Positions 19,220 through 28,696 of a DNA stretch of 64,000 nucleotides are shown piece after piece. The DNA comes from Patescibacteria group bacterium. Lineage in GTDB: Bacteria > Patescibacteriota > Microgenomatia > Levybacterales > UBA12049. The translations under genes and the position numbers were made by a program. Within the stretch, counting starts at the first letter, position 1. Every line of letters begins with the position of its first letter. The stretch lies in the NCBI GenBank assembly GCA_038062115.1, contig JBBTXS010000004.1, positions 69,009-133,008 on the forward strand, written 5' to 3'. Below the pieces are notes generated by a model. It worked only from the letters and a program-made list of their open reading frames with translations, was not told where the DNA came from and did no database searches.

Positions 19220-21291
19220 GAAAATCAAACATTTTTTATACTTTGCTTTTTTTTGGTTTTATTTTTTTTATATTTCGTAATTGGTTTCTTGCGCCTCAGA
19301 TTATTGGTGGAGACTGGCCATATCTTTTTCCTGAAATGCTGCGGGATCCTTCAATATATTTTTCTTCCTGGAATCCCGGACAAGGCAACGGTCTTGGTGG
19401 GATAAACCCTGTCTATTCTTTGAGCATGTTTTTCGGCTTCACTGTCTTTTTGGCGCACACATTTAACATTCCATGGGTATTTATTTATAAGTTTTTTTGG
19501 TTTGCTCTTCCGCTACTTTTTGGAATTTTCTCTAGTATTTATTTGGTAAAAACTATTCTCCCACAATCATCTCTATGGCAGAAATTGCTTTCTTCATCTA
19601 TTTTTATCACAAATACATATTTTCTTATGATTGTTGGAGGCGGACAAATGGGAGTTGCCTTATCTTATGCCATTGCGCCACTTGTTCTCGCTAAATTTAT
19701 AAAACTTATTGACAATCTCCTTTTAAATAAAAATTTCAAATTTCAAATTTCAAATGTCAAATACGCAATAATTAGCGGATTATTTTTGACATTACAGGTT
19801 ATGTTTGATCCAAGAATTGCTTACTTAACAATGATTGCCGTGAGCGTGTATTATGTATTTTGTATTAGGTATTACATATTGAAAAGAAATATACTTAATA
19901 CTTTATACTTAATACTTTATGCTCTTGTGATTCCTGTTAGTATTGCCTTGCTTCTTCATGCAGCATGGATACTTCCTATTTTATTTCTTCAATCAAGCCC
20001 TATCCCGCAAGGATTTACAAGTGTTGAGGGATTTCGCTTTTTTAGTTTTGCAGATGTTTCTCACGCTTTTTCTTTGCTGCATCCAAATTGGCCAGAAAAT
20101 ATTTTCGGCAAAATATATTTTATGAGAAGTGAGTTTATTTTAATACCGATATTAGCTTTTTCATCGCTGTTATTTTTAATCAATTCAACAATAAAGCAAG
20201 TCAACAATAAGGCAATATTATTCTTTGCTCTTCTTGGATTGATTGGAGTATTTTTAGCAAAGGGCGTAAGGGATCCTTTTGGGCAAGTGAATCAATGGCT
20301 CTTTATTTCTATTCCTGGAATGAGTTTTTTCCGAGATCCAACAAAATTCTACTTATTAATAATACTATCTTATTCAGTGCTCATCCCTTTCAGTTTATTA
20401 CAAATTTCAAGGAAAGTATCAAGTATCAAGTATCAAGTATTAGGCAAAAAAATAAATATGCATAATACATACTACATAATACTCGCTACTTTTTTGGTAT
20501 TCTGGTTATTTTTGATCCGCCCTGCTGTTTTTGGTGAACTTGGTGGTACATTTCAAAAACGTGAAGTACCAGAAGAATACGTAAAACTTAAAGATTTTCT
20601 ACATAGTCAGCCTGATTTTTTTAGAATTTTATGGATTCCCCGTCAGCACCGTTTTACTTACTATTCTTTAACGCATTTACCTGTTGAGGCTGAGCCGCTC
20701 TTTAAGAAAGCAAAAATTATAGATATCGTTAATCAGCTGCGGAAGCCCGGGACAAAGAAATATCTGTCAGAACTTAGTATAAAATATATCATTGTTCCAT
20801 ACGATCCAAATGGTGAAATTTTTGTAAAAGATAGAAAATACGATGAAGTTGCGTATCTTAAGGCAATCGAGCACCTAGAGGATATACCATGGCTAGTAAG
20901 ATCGAGACAATTTGAAAAAATTGCAGTGTTTGAAGCGAAGAGTTCCCCGAAAGCTCTTTTTTGGCTAGAAGAAAAAGGGAAAATTACTTATTCCACAGAC
21001 GACATTACGCATTATAATATTAATGTTGAAATCGATTCCCCGCAGAGGCTTATTTTCTCAGAAAATTTTCATCCAAAATGGCAGTTGGTACTTAGTAATA
21101 GAGTAATTCATGCACAGGAAACCGATGAAGGATTGAATAGTTTTTTATTGAGCAAGGGAAATTATCAGGGAAATATAGTATTTTCTGGAGATAAATACTA
21201 TGTGTATGGAAAAATTATATCTTTAAGTACGATGCTTTTAGTAGTTGTCTTTTTTTTTGTAATTCATAAGAAAAAAGTATACAATACATAA
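19216..21291 (+). CDS. GT-C-like polytopic membrane protein, distant paralog 4 of 4
   Basis: 691 aa, GTG start in a GTGA overlap. GGDWPYLFPE near the N-terminus, IPGMSFFRDPTKFY, FHPKWQLV C-domain motif, terminal TM. Carries two in-frame repeat arrays. Confidence 0.45.
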   Translation: MRKSNIFYTLLFFGFIFFIFRNWFLAPQIIGGDWPYLFPEMLRDPSIYFSSWNPGQGNGLGGINPVYSLSMFFGFTVFLAHTFNIPWVFIYKFFWFALPLLFGIFSSIYLVKTILPQSSLWQKLLSSSIFITNTYFLMIVGGGQMGVALSYAIAPLVLAKFIKLIDNLLLNKNFKFQISNVKYAIISGLFLTLQVMFDPRIAYLTMIAVSVYYVFCIRYYILKRNILNTLYLILYALVIPVSIALLLHAAWILPILFLQSSPIPQGFTSVEGFRFFSFADVSHAFSLLHPNWPENIFGKIYFMRSEFILIPILAFSSLLFLINSTIKQVNNKAILFFALLGLIGVFLAKGVRDPFGQVNQWLFISIPGMSFFRDPTKFYLLIILSYSVLIPFSLLQISRKVSSIKYQVLGKKINMHNTYYIILATFLVFWLFLIRPAVFGELGGTFQKREVPEEYVKLKDFLHSQPDFFRILWIPRQHRFTYYSLTHLPVEAEPLFKKAKIIDIVNQLRKPGTKKYLSELSIKYIIVPYDPNGEIFVKDRKYDEVAYLKAIEHLEDIPWLVRSRQFEKIAVFEAKSSPKALFWLEEKGKITYSTDDITHYNINVEIDSPQRLIFSENFHPKWQLVLSNRVIHAQETDEGLNSFLLSKGNYQGNIVFSGDKYYVYGKIISLSTMLLVVVFFFVIHKKKVYNT
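19732..19759. repeat. 7-nt tandem array AATTTCA x3 + AATGTCA, in-frame
   Basis: Read directly from the sequence. Translates as NFKFQISNVK inside 19216..21291. Confidence 0.85.
20416..20483. repeat. composite repeat: GTATCAA x3 + GTATTAG, A-rich spacer, TACAWAM heptamer array; in-frame
   Basis: Read directly. Translates as VSSIKYQVLGKKINMHNTYYIIL. Shares the 18-mer TACATACTACATAATACT and its overall layout with 51183..51265. Confidence 0.85.
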
Positions 21292-21297
21292 ATATTC

Positions 21298-22326
21298 ATG
21301 AAAATTATTGTTACCGGCGCTGCAGGTTTCATGGGGAGTCACTTAGTTGATTTTTTGGTAAAAAAGGGAGGACATGAGGTTTTCGCTGTTGATGACCTTT
21401 CTGGAGGATACATTGAAAATGTTAATCCAAAAGCCCATTTTACAAAACTTGACTTGAGAAATCGCGAAAAAGTGGAAAAGTATATTCAAAAAATTAAACC
21501 AGAACTTCTCTACTATTTAGCAGCAGATGCTTCGGAAGGGAGAAGTCAGTTTACTCCCCTAAGTTCTACGGAAAGAAATTATTTAGCCTATATGAACACT
21601 TTGGTTTCTTGTATTAAATATGGATTAAAAAAAGTTATAGTTACAAGCTCTATGAGCGTATATGGCGCGCAAAAGCCTCCATTTTCTGAAGATATGCCCA
21701 AAAAGCCGGAAGACATATATGGAATCGCGAAGGCCGCAATGGAAGATGCAACAGAAGTTTTAGCAAAAGTACATGGCTTTGAGTATGTAATTGTACGTCC
21801 TCATAATGTATATGGTCCAAAGCAGAATTTAGCAGATCCTTATAGAAATGTTATTGCAATTTTTATCAATTGTCTTTTAAGCAATAAGCATTTTTATATA
21901 TATGGAGAAGGAAAGCAAAAGCGAGCTTTCACCTATATTGATGATTTTACTCCATATTTTGAACAAAGCGGTTTTAGCGATAAATGCAATGGAGAAGTTC
22001 TTAATTTGGGACCTAAAGAAGAACATTCAATAAATGAGTTAGCAAATGTGGTTCTTAAGGTTTTCTTTCCAGATGGAGACATTCCAAAACTCTTATTGCC
22101 CAAGTATCTTCCCCTGCGTCCACAAGAAGTTATGGAAGCTTATTGCACTAATGATAAAGCAGCAAAATTGCTGGGTTACAAAACTACAGTAACTCTTGAA
22201 GAAGGAGTAAGGAAAATGATTGAGTGGGCAAAAACCAAGGGTCCGCAAAAATTTAAATATTTAAAAAATGGCGTAGAGTTAAAAACTAGAGACCTACCTA
22301 AGACATGGAGCGAAGAGCTAATCTGA
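21298..22326 (+). CDS. NAD-dependent sugar-nucleotide epimerase/dehydratase (extended SDR)
   Basis: IIVTGAAGFMGSHL, TSSMSVYG, YGIAKAAME (YxxxK), RPHNVYGP. Confidence 0.75.
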   Translation: MKIIVTGAAGFMGSHLVDFLVKKGGHEVFAVDDLSGGYIENVNPKAHFTKLDLRNREKVEKYIQKIKPELLYYLAADASEGRSQFTPLSSTERNYLAYMNTLVSCIKYGLKKVIVTSSMSVYGAQKPPFSEDMPKKPEDIYGIAKAAMEDATEVLAKVHGFEYVIVRPHNVYGPKQNLADPYRNVIAIFINCLLSNKHFYIYGEGKQKRAFTYIDDFTPYFEQSGFSDKCNGEVLNLGPKEEHSINELANVVLKVFFPDGDIPKLLLPKYLPLRPQEVMEAYCTNDKAAKLLGYKTTVTLEEGVRKMIEWAKTKGPQKFKYLKNGVELKTRDLPKTWSEELI

Positions 22327-22327
22327 T

Positions 22328-23356
22328 ATGCCTAAGAAGGTTTCAATAGTAGTCCTTAACTGGAATGGCAAGAAATTTCTTAAAAATTGTTTAGACTCTC
22401 TTACGCAATTAACTTATCCCCAGGTAGAGATTATAGTAGTTGACAATAATTCATCAGATGGCTCTTGCGAATTTATTAAGACAAATTATCAAAAGGTTAT
22501 CTTAATAGAAAATAAGGAAAACTACGGATTTGCAAAAGGCAATAATATTGGATTTAAGGCAGCAACAGGAAGTTATATTTTAATTCTTAATAACGATACT
22601 ATTGTTACTCCAAACCTTCTTGGGCCTCTCATAACTGATTTTGAAGATAACCCAAAAATAGCATGTTTACAGCCTCAGATCAGGCTATTTAAAAATAAAC
22701 AACTCCTTGATGGGGTTGGAGCATTCCTTACCCTTACGGGATTTTTGTACCATTTTGGTTATTTAAAAGACAGAATAGATCCAAAATATAACAAGAAAAT
22801 GAAAATATTCTCAGCAAAGGGAGCGTGCATGTTGCTTAGAAGAAAAGCAATAGAGAAGGTGGGCTTGTTCGATGAAGATTTTTTTATTTTTTTTGAGGAA
22901 ACAGACTTATGTTTTCGTCTTTGGCTTGCCGGGTATTCCGTGATGTATGAACCAGAATCTATCATATACCATTTGGGTGGAGGAGACACTACATCATCTA
23001 ATTCTTATCAGCATGAAAAAAGAGTATACATGTCATTTAGAAATATGCTTTGTTGCTACTTAAAAAATTTTGGGACATATAATCTCTTTATGGTTATGCC
23101 AATGTTTATTTTTACCCAGACAATTCTATGTTTATATTATTTAATAACCTTAAAAATAAATTTAGTAAAAGTAATTATTAAGGCATATTACTGGAATATT
23201 TGCAACTTATCTTCAACTATAAAAAAAAGAAATAATATACAACATAACATAAGAAGATTATCTGATTATAGAGTTAATGAGTATATTTTTCATAATCCGA
23301 AAGCGAACTACTATTACTATCTCTTAACTGGAAAATTAAAAGACTATCAAGATTAA
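22328..23356 (+). CDS. glycosyltransferase family 2 with C-terminal membrane helices
   Basis: VSIVVLNWNGKKFL, VVDNNSSDGS, YGFAKGNN, ILILNNDT, FFIFFEETDLCFR. Confidence 0.85.
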   Translation: MPKKVSIVVLNWNGKKFLKNCLDSLTQLTYPQVEIIVVDNNSSDGSCEFIKTNYQKVILIENKENYGFAKGNNIGFKAATGSYILILNNDTIVTPNLLGPLITDFEDNPKIACLQPQIRLFKNKQLLDGVGAFLTLTGFLYHFGYLKDRIDPKYNKKMKIFSAKGACMLLRRKAIEKVGLFDEDFFIFFEETDLCFRLWLAGYSVMYEPESIIYHLGGGDTTSSNSYQHEKRVYMSFRNMLCCYLKNFGTYNLFMVMPMFIFTQTILCLYYLITLKINLVKVIIKAYYWNICNLSSTIKKRNNIQHNIRRLSDYRVNEYIFHNPKANYYYYLLTGKLKDYQD

Positions 23357-23368
23357 CTGTCAGTGCAG

Positions 23369-24598
23369 ATGAAAAAAATAGCATTTATCACACCTAATTA
23401 TTATCCTTCAACACTTACCGGTTCCGGAATTGTTGTAATGAAGTTGGCAGAAGAATTTGCAAGATTAGGACATGATGTCTCGGTAATTACATCCAATGCA
23501 TTAACTTCGCGATACTGGTACGATCCTATATTTGGGAAAAAAATCGAGAAAAGATATGAAACGCATAATAAAGTAAAAATTTATAGACTGTCATGCTATC
23601 AATTATATTCAAGCATGTGTTTTATTTTACTAAAACTTTTTAGCAAATTTTTGCCCAAAAAATTTATTGACTATCTTAAAATAATATCAAATGGTCCTTA
23701 TCTTATTGGTCTTGATAGAATTCTTATTTACCATAATTATGATGTTATTCATTGTTCGCCTTCGCCGCTTGCTATAAACAAGCAAGTGATTGCTCTACTT
23801 AGTAAAATGAAAAAAAAACCAAAATTAATAATTACACCTTTTTTCCATTCTCAATTATCAGACTTTACTAATCCCGGATTAAAGAAAGTTTTTCAAAGAG
23901 CTGATATTGTTCATGTTATTACAAATACTGAGAAAAATGAAATTTCTGCCAGATTCTCAATAGATATAAAAAAAATTATTGTTATTCCATTATTCTTAGA
24001 TATATCTAATATGCAAACTATGGAGTATTTAAAAAAAGACATTCTGCTTTTTAAAGAAAAATACGACTTAACAGATAAAAAGATAATTCTATTTGCAGGT
24101 ATTAAAGGTGCTGCAAAAGGCGCAATTGATTTACTTTTAACAGTTGATATGCTATACAGAACTAACCCTGAATATATACTTGTGGCAATCGGAACGGATA
24201 CATTAGAATGGAGTCAAACAAAAAAAACAGTTGACAGAAAGTGTTTTTTAGATTTGGGATATAAAACAGGAAAAGAAAAAGAAATAATTTTTGGTGCTTG
24301 CGATATTTTCTGTATGCCATCAAAGAGCGAATCGTTTGGCTTAGTCTATCTTGAGGCATGGCATAAAAAAAAGCCTGTCATTGCAGCAAGCACAGAAGCA
24401 GTTAAGGAGTTTATATGCGATGATGGAGTTTTTGTGGAGTTTGGTAATACTCAGGACATAATAAAAGCAATTAAACTAATAATTAGTAATAAATCAGTTG
24501 CGAAAGAGTTAGGAGAAAAAGGGTTTAATAAGTTAATGAAAAGTTACACATTTTCAAAAGTTTTTCCTGAATACATTACTTTATTTACTGACAACTAA
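23369..24598 (+). CDS. glycosyltransferase family 4
   Basis: MKKIAFITPNYYPSTLTGSG, PSKSESFGLVYLEAWHKKKPVIA. The track ORF begins at GTG 23363; ATG 23369 is preferred. Confidence 0.8.
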   Translation: MKKIAFITPNYYPSTLTGSGIVVMKLAEEFARLGHDVSVITSNALTSRYWYDPIFGKKIEKRYETHNKVKIYRLSCYQLYSSMCFILLKLFSKFLPKKFIDYLKIISNGPYLIGLDRILIYHNYDVIHCSPSPLAINKQVIALLSKMKKKPKLIITPFFHSQLSDFTNPGLKKVFQRADIVHVITNTEKNEISARFSIDIKKIIVIPLFLDISNMQTMEYLKKDILLFKEKYDLTDKKIILFAGIKGAAKGAIDLLLTVDMLYRTNPEYILVAIGTDTLEWSQTKKTVDRKCFLDLGYKTGKEKEIIFGACDIFCMPSKSESFGLVYLEAWHKKKPVIAASTEAVKEFICDDGVFVEFGNTQDIIKAIKLIISNKSVAKELGEKGFNKLMKSYTFSKVFPEYITLFTDN

Positions 24599-24602
24599 TA
24601 TT

Positions 24603-25640
24603 ATGAAATATCTTATTACTGGAGGTGCAGGTTTTATAGGGTCAAACTTGGCTCGGTCATTGCTTGGGAGAGGTCATGAAGTTATTATCTTCGATAATTT
24701 CTCTCGGAATGGAAGTAAATCCAATAGTGAATGGCTAAAAAAAACTTACGGACATAAAGTGAAGATAGTTGTTGGTGAAGTTAGGAATGGATATAAAGAA
24801 CTTCTAGAAATAATAAAAAAAATTGACGTTGTCGTCCATTTATTAGCGCAGGTTGCTGTTACGACCTCTGTTTTGAATCCTCGAGAAGATTTTGAAACTA
24901 ATGCTGTGGGAACTTTTAATCTTCTCGAGGCAGTAAGAGTGTCTGGTAATAATCCGATCTTTATCTATAGCTCAACAAACAAGGTCTATGGAGAACTTGA
25001 TGATTTGAAGATTATTGAGACAAAGTGGCGCTATAAATTTGCTCACATGAAATGGGGTATATCAGAAAAAAGAAATTTAGATTTCCACTCACCGTATGGG
25101 TGCAGTAAGGGAGCTGCAGATCAATATGTGAGAGATTATGCGAGGATTTATGGATTAAAGACGATTGTTTTTAGGCAATCATGTATCTATGGTACTCGTC
25201 AATTTGGTATTGAAGATCAGGGATGGGTTGCATGGTTTATGATCGCACTTACTCTGGGAAAGAATATAACTGTTTATGGCAATGGTAAACAGGTAAGAGA
25301 CATTTTGTATATCGATGATCTTATTCATGCATATGATCTGGCTATTAAAAATATTAAAAAGACGAGAGGGCAAGTATATAATATTGGCGGAGGCAGTGAG
25401 AATACAATTTCTATTTGGTATGAATTTAAACCAATTCTCGAAGAACTTTTTAAAAGAAAAATTAACGCAAGTTTTTCTGATTTTCGTCCCGGTGATCAGC
25501 CAATTTTTGTATCGGATATAAGAAAAGCAAGCAATGATTTTGGGTGGAAGCCAAAGATTGGGGTGAAGCCGGGGATGGAAAAACTATTCCATTGGATACA
25601 AGATAATAAAGAGCTATTTAGTGATTCTTGGCCTAAATGA
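24603..25640 (+). CDS. CDP-paratose 2-epimerase (tyvelose epimerase)-like SDR
   Basis: Near-collinear with RfbE/tyvelose epimerase: ITGGAGFIGSNLA, SSTNKVYG, LDFHSPYGCSKGAADQY, EDQGWVAWF, GNGKQVRD. Confidence 0.75.
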   Translation: MKYLITGGAGFIGSNLARSLLGRGHEVIIFDNFSRNGSKSNSEWLKKTYGHKVKIVVGEVRNGYKELLEIIKKIDVVVHLLAQVAVTTSVLNPREDFETNAVGTFNLLEAVRVSGNNPIFIYSSTNKVYGELDDLKIIETKWRYKFAHMKWGISEKRNLDFHSPYGCSKGAADQYVRDYARIYGLKTIVFRQSCIYGTRQFGIEDQGWVAWFMIALTLGKNITVYGNGKQVRDILYIDDLIHAYDLAIKNIKKTRGQVYNIGGGSENTISIWYEFKPILEELFKRKINASFSDFRPGDQPIFVSDIRKASNDFGWKPKIGVKPGMEKLFHWIQDNKELFSDSWPK

Positions 25641-26371
25641 TTATGGAGAATAAAGTATACAATAATTACCTGACAACACATCCATTTTACTCATCCAACC
25701 CTCTCAATTTAGAAGGATCATTTCGTTTTTTTCATGCAAATTACTTAAAATTTTTACCCGTAGATAAAACCGCAAGAATATTAGACATTGGCTGTGGTAT
25801 AGGGCATTTTCTCGCATATGTTAAGAACAATAATTACAACAATTTTTTGGGAGTTGATATTGGAAAAGAGCAAATAGATCATTGTGGGAAACATATAACA
25901 AAGAATGTACGATTAATTAATAATCTCAATGCTTTTCTAAAAGAAAATAAAAACTCATTCGATTTTATTCTGATGAATGATGTAATTGAACATATAGAAA
26001 AGGAAGAAATTATAGATACACTTTCTTTTGTTCGCACGTCTCTAAAAAAAAATGGTGTGGTTGTCATTAGAACGGTAAATCTTAAAAATAGATGGGGAAT
26101 GGCTGTTCGATATATGGATTTTACACATACAGTTGGCTTTACAGAAGAGAGCATAAGACAAGTTATGCTTACCGCAGGATTTAAAAATGTATCATTAGTG
26201 TCAGAAATACACCCAATTTATGATACAAAAAGTTTTATTAGAATATTCTTAAAACGACTATTTGAGTTTATTTACCGCTTAGAATATATTGCAAGTTTTG
26301 GTGCATTTAATCCAATGTTGTCAAATATGTTAATTACGGTAGGTACAAAGAGCAATCATGATGAAAAGTGA
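25637..26371 (+). CDS. class I SAM-dependent methyltransferase
   Basis: ILDIGCGIGHF motif I, FILMNDVIEHI, LKKNGVVVIRT. ATGA overlap with the upstream gene. Confidence 0.8.
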   Translation: MIMENKVYNNYLTTHPFYSSNPLNLEGSFRFFHANYLKFLPVDKTARILDIGCGIGHFLAYVKNNNYNNFLGVDIGKEQIDHCGKHITKNVRLINNLNAFLKENKNSFDFILMNDVIEHIEKEEIIDTLSFVRTSLKKNGVVVIRTVNLKNRWGMAVRYMDFTHTVGFTEESIRQVMLTAGFKNVSLVSEIHPIYDTKSFIRIFLKRLFEFIYRLEYIASFGAFNPMLSNMLITVGTKSNHDEK

Positions 26372-26461
26372 GCCTTGTGCGTCTTTACTTCTATTTTTTC
26401 GTGTTCACTCGTCCATAGATACGGTACGGTTGAGGAATAGTTGTCGTGTATAATGTCAAAT

Positions 26462-27400
26462 ATGATTAGCATTGTAATACCCCTATATAACGAAGAAGAA
26501 AGTCTAGACGTCGTTTACAACGAAATAATTAAAGTAGTTAAAGATCATAAATATGAAATTATATTTATTGATGATGGGTCAACTGATGGATCTTTTGAAA
26601 TTTTGAAAGAACTGGAAGAGAAAAATAGTCATGTAAGGATTTTTTCGTTTCGTAAAAATCAGGGCAAGGCAGAGGCGTTAATGCTTGGGTTTCAGAAGTC
26701 AAAGGGGGACTATATTATAACCTTGGACGCAGATTTACAGGATAAACCCTCGGAAATTAGTAAATTATTAAATAAAATAAATGAGGGTTGGGAGCTGGTT
26801 TGCGGTTGGAGAAAGAATAGAAATGATAGTTTTTTCAAAATTGTATCATCAAAAATATTTAATTTTATGGCCTCTTTATTTTGGGATCTTAAATTACATG
26901 ATTATAATTGTGGATTAAAAGCCTATACTGCTGAAGCTGCAAAAAGTTTATCTTTGTACGGAGGATTGCATCGTTTTGTTCCTCTTTTGGCATATCAACA
27001 AGGTTTTAAAGTAACAGAAGTTTCTGTAGATCATGAAAAACGAAAATTTGGAAAATCAAAATATGGATTTTCAAAGCTTTGGAAAGATATGCCAGATATT
27101 TTTACCATGTTGTTTTTGAGTAGATATAGCAAAAGACCAATGCATTTCTTTGGAGTCGTTGGGTCAGTGTTATTTCTGATTGGTACTTTAATATTAGGCT
27201 ACTTAAGCGTACTACGTTTTCAGGGCGAGACCATTGGAAGAAGACCAGTTTTATTTTTGGGTATGCTTTTGGTTATTGCTGGATTACAAGTATTCTTTAC
27301 TGGATTTTTGGCAGACCTAATTATTAATATTTCTAAAGAATCAAAGAAGAGTGGTGTCTTATTAAAATACTCAAGTGAAAAAAATAATGATTCCTTTTAG
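26462..27400 (+). CDS. polyprenyl-phosphate sugar synthase, GT2 (GtrB/ArnC/DPM1-like) with two C-terminal TM helices
   Basis: MISIVIPLYNEEES, IFIDDGSTDGS, ITLDADLQD, RFVPLL, then TM helices. The track ORF starts at TTG 26441. ATG 26462 is preferred because TATAAT lies at 26449-26454. Confidence 0.75.
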   Translation: MISIVIPLYNEEESLDVVYNEIIKVVKDHKYEIIFIDDGSTDGSFEILKELEEKNSHVRIFSFRKNQGKAEALMLGFQKSKGDYIITLDADLQDKPSEISKLLNKINEGWELVCGWRKNRNDSFFKIVSSKIFNFMASLFWDLKLHDYNCGLKAYTAEAAKSLSLYGGLHRFVPLLAYQQGFKVTEVSVDHEKRKFGKSKYGFSKLWKDMPDIFTMLFLSRYSKRPMHFFGVVGSVLFLIGTLILGYLSVLRFQGETIGRRPVLFLGMLLVIAGLQVFFTGFLADLIINISKESKKSGVLLKYSSEKNNDSF

Positions 27401-27412
27401 TGAGACTTAACA

Positions 27413-28696
27413 TTATTTAATTTTTTTATTTAGGATTATACTTGCCACTTTTTTGCCTAAGTATGCACCTTGGTGAAGATTACGATCGTGCGGATACATT
27501 TGGTCAATATTTATCATGTAAATATTTGATAAAGGCGTTTTTATAGGTGGTATTTTTTTCAATGAGTTAGTTTTAAATATAGTTTGAGCGCGGGGCACCC
27601 GAGAAATATATGACTTTATTACCCATGAATCATTATAATCTTTATTTACGTTTTTTAAAAATCCAAGATATTGCTTTATAAGCTGATCGTCTGGAGTTTT
27701 GAATCTTTTATCGTTTCTATGAATATAATTTGCTAAATATACTACTGTATTTCCGTCATAATTGGATTTGTCAATCATATTTGTATGCTCGACCAAAACT
27801 AGAACAGGCGCTTTTTTGTCGCAAATATTTAGCCAATATTGAGATTGTAAAGGCTTTTTAAGTTCTACAATTAAGCAAACAGCACCTAGATGATCAATAG
27901 AGTTAAGACTTTTTTTGTATTGACTTGGGAGCTTATTTTTTATAATTTTAGTGGCAATAGAAGATACAGTTGTAATTATTACTTTATCAAAATCATGAAT
28001 ATTTTTTTCTTCTGAAACTAAAACTCCTTTTTTTGTAGATTTTATTTGTCTTATTGCCACATTAAGTTTTATTTTGCCTCCTGATTTTATAATAGACTCT
28101 GTTAGTTTATCGAACAGTATTTTTACACTTCCATCGAAATATCCGAGTTTTGGGCTTCGATCTCTGATTCTTCCCCACAACCACAGAGCAGATACATAAG
28201 AGAAGAAAGATGAAAATTTTCCTTCCAGGAGAGGCCCCCAAATTTTTTGATAAATATTTTTTCCTGCATATCTTAGAATCCATTTTTTTGCTGAGATATT
28301 GTCCAAAGAGTCAATTGCGAATGGGAGGAATTTTAGAAACCCAAAGACAATTCCACATCTAATTCTGTCAACTAACGATAGTGGTTTGAAAAATAGAAGA
28401 TTAAAGGCAGAGCTAAATTGGTAAATTCTTCCGTTTGTATAAATTCCTGTTTTTGCTTTATAATATTTTAATTTTTTGGAAATCCCTAGTTCTCGTGCAA
28501 GCTGAATAATTTCAGTATCAGTTTCAAAAAAATGATGGTAAAACCGTTCGATATAATTTCCCTTTATGCTTATATAAGTTCCAAGTCCACCTACTGTGTC
28601 TGATCTTTCAAATATAGTTACACTATGACCTTCTTTTGTTAGCTGGTAGGCAGCAGATAGACCAGAAATTCCCGCTCCAATTATTCCGATTTTCAT
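27413..28696 (-). CDS. FAD/NAD(P)-binding oxidoreductase (amine-oxidase / protoporphyrinogen-oxidase-like fold)
   Basis: MKIGIIGAGISGLSAAYQLTKEGHSVTIFERSDTVGGL dinucleotide-binding motif. ATG 28696 is preferred over 28720 because it forms an ATGA overlap with the upstream gene. Confidence 0.65.
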   Translation of the reverse strand: MKIGIIGAGISGLSAAYQLTKEGHSVTIFERSDTVGGLGTYISIKGNYIERFYHHFFETDTEIIQLARELGISKKLKYYKAKTGIYTNGRIYQFSSAFNLLFFKPLSLVDRIRCGIVFGFLKFLPFAIDSLDNISAKKWILRYAGKNIYQKIWGPLLEGKFSSFFSYVSALWLWGRIRDRSPKLGYFDGSVKILFDKLTESIIKSGGKIKLNVAIRQIKSTKKGVLVSEEKNIHDFDKVIITTVSSIATKIIKNKLPSQYKKSLNSIDHLGAVCLIVELKKPLQSQYWLNICDKKAPVLVLVEHTNMIDKSNYDGNTVVYLANYIHRNDKRFKTPDDQLIKQYLGFLKNVNKDYNDSWVIKSYISRVPRAQTIFKTNSLKKIPPIKTPLSNIYMINIDQMYPHDRNLHQGAYLGKKVASIILNKKIK

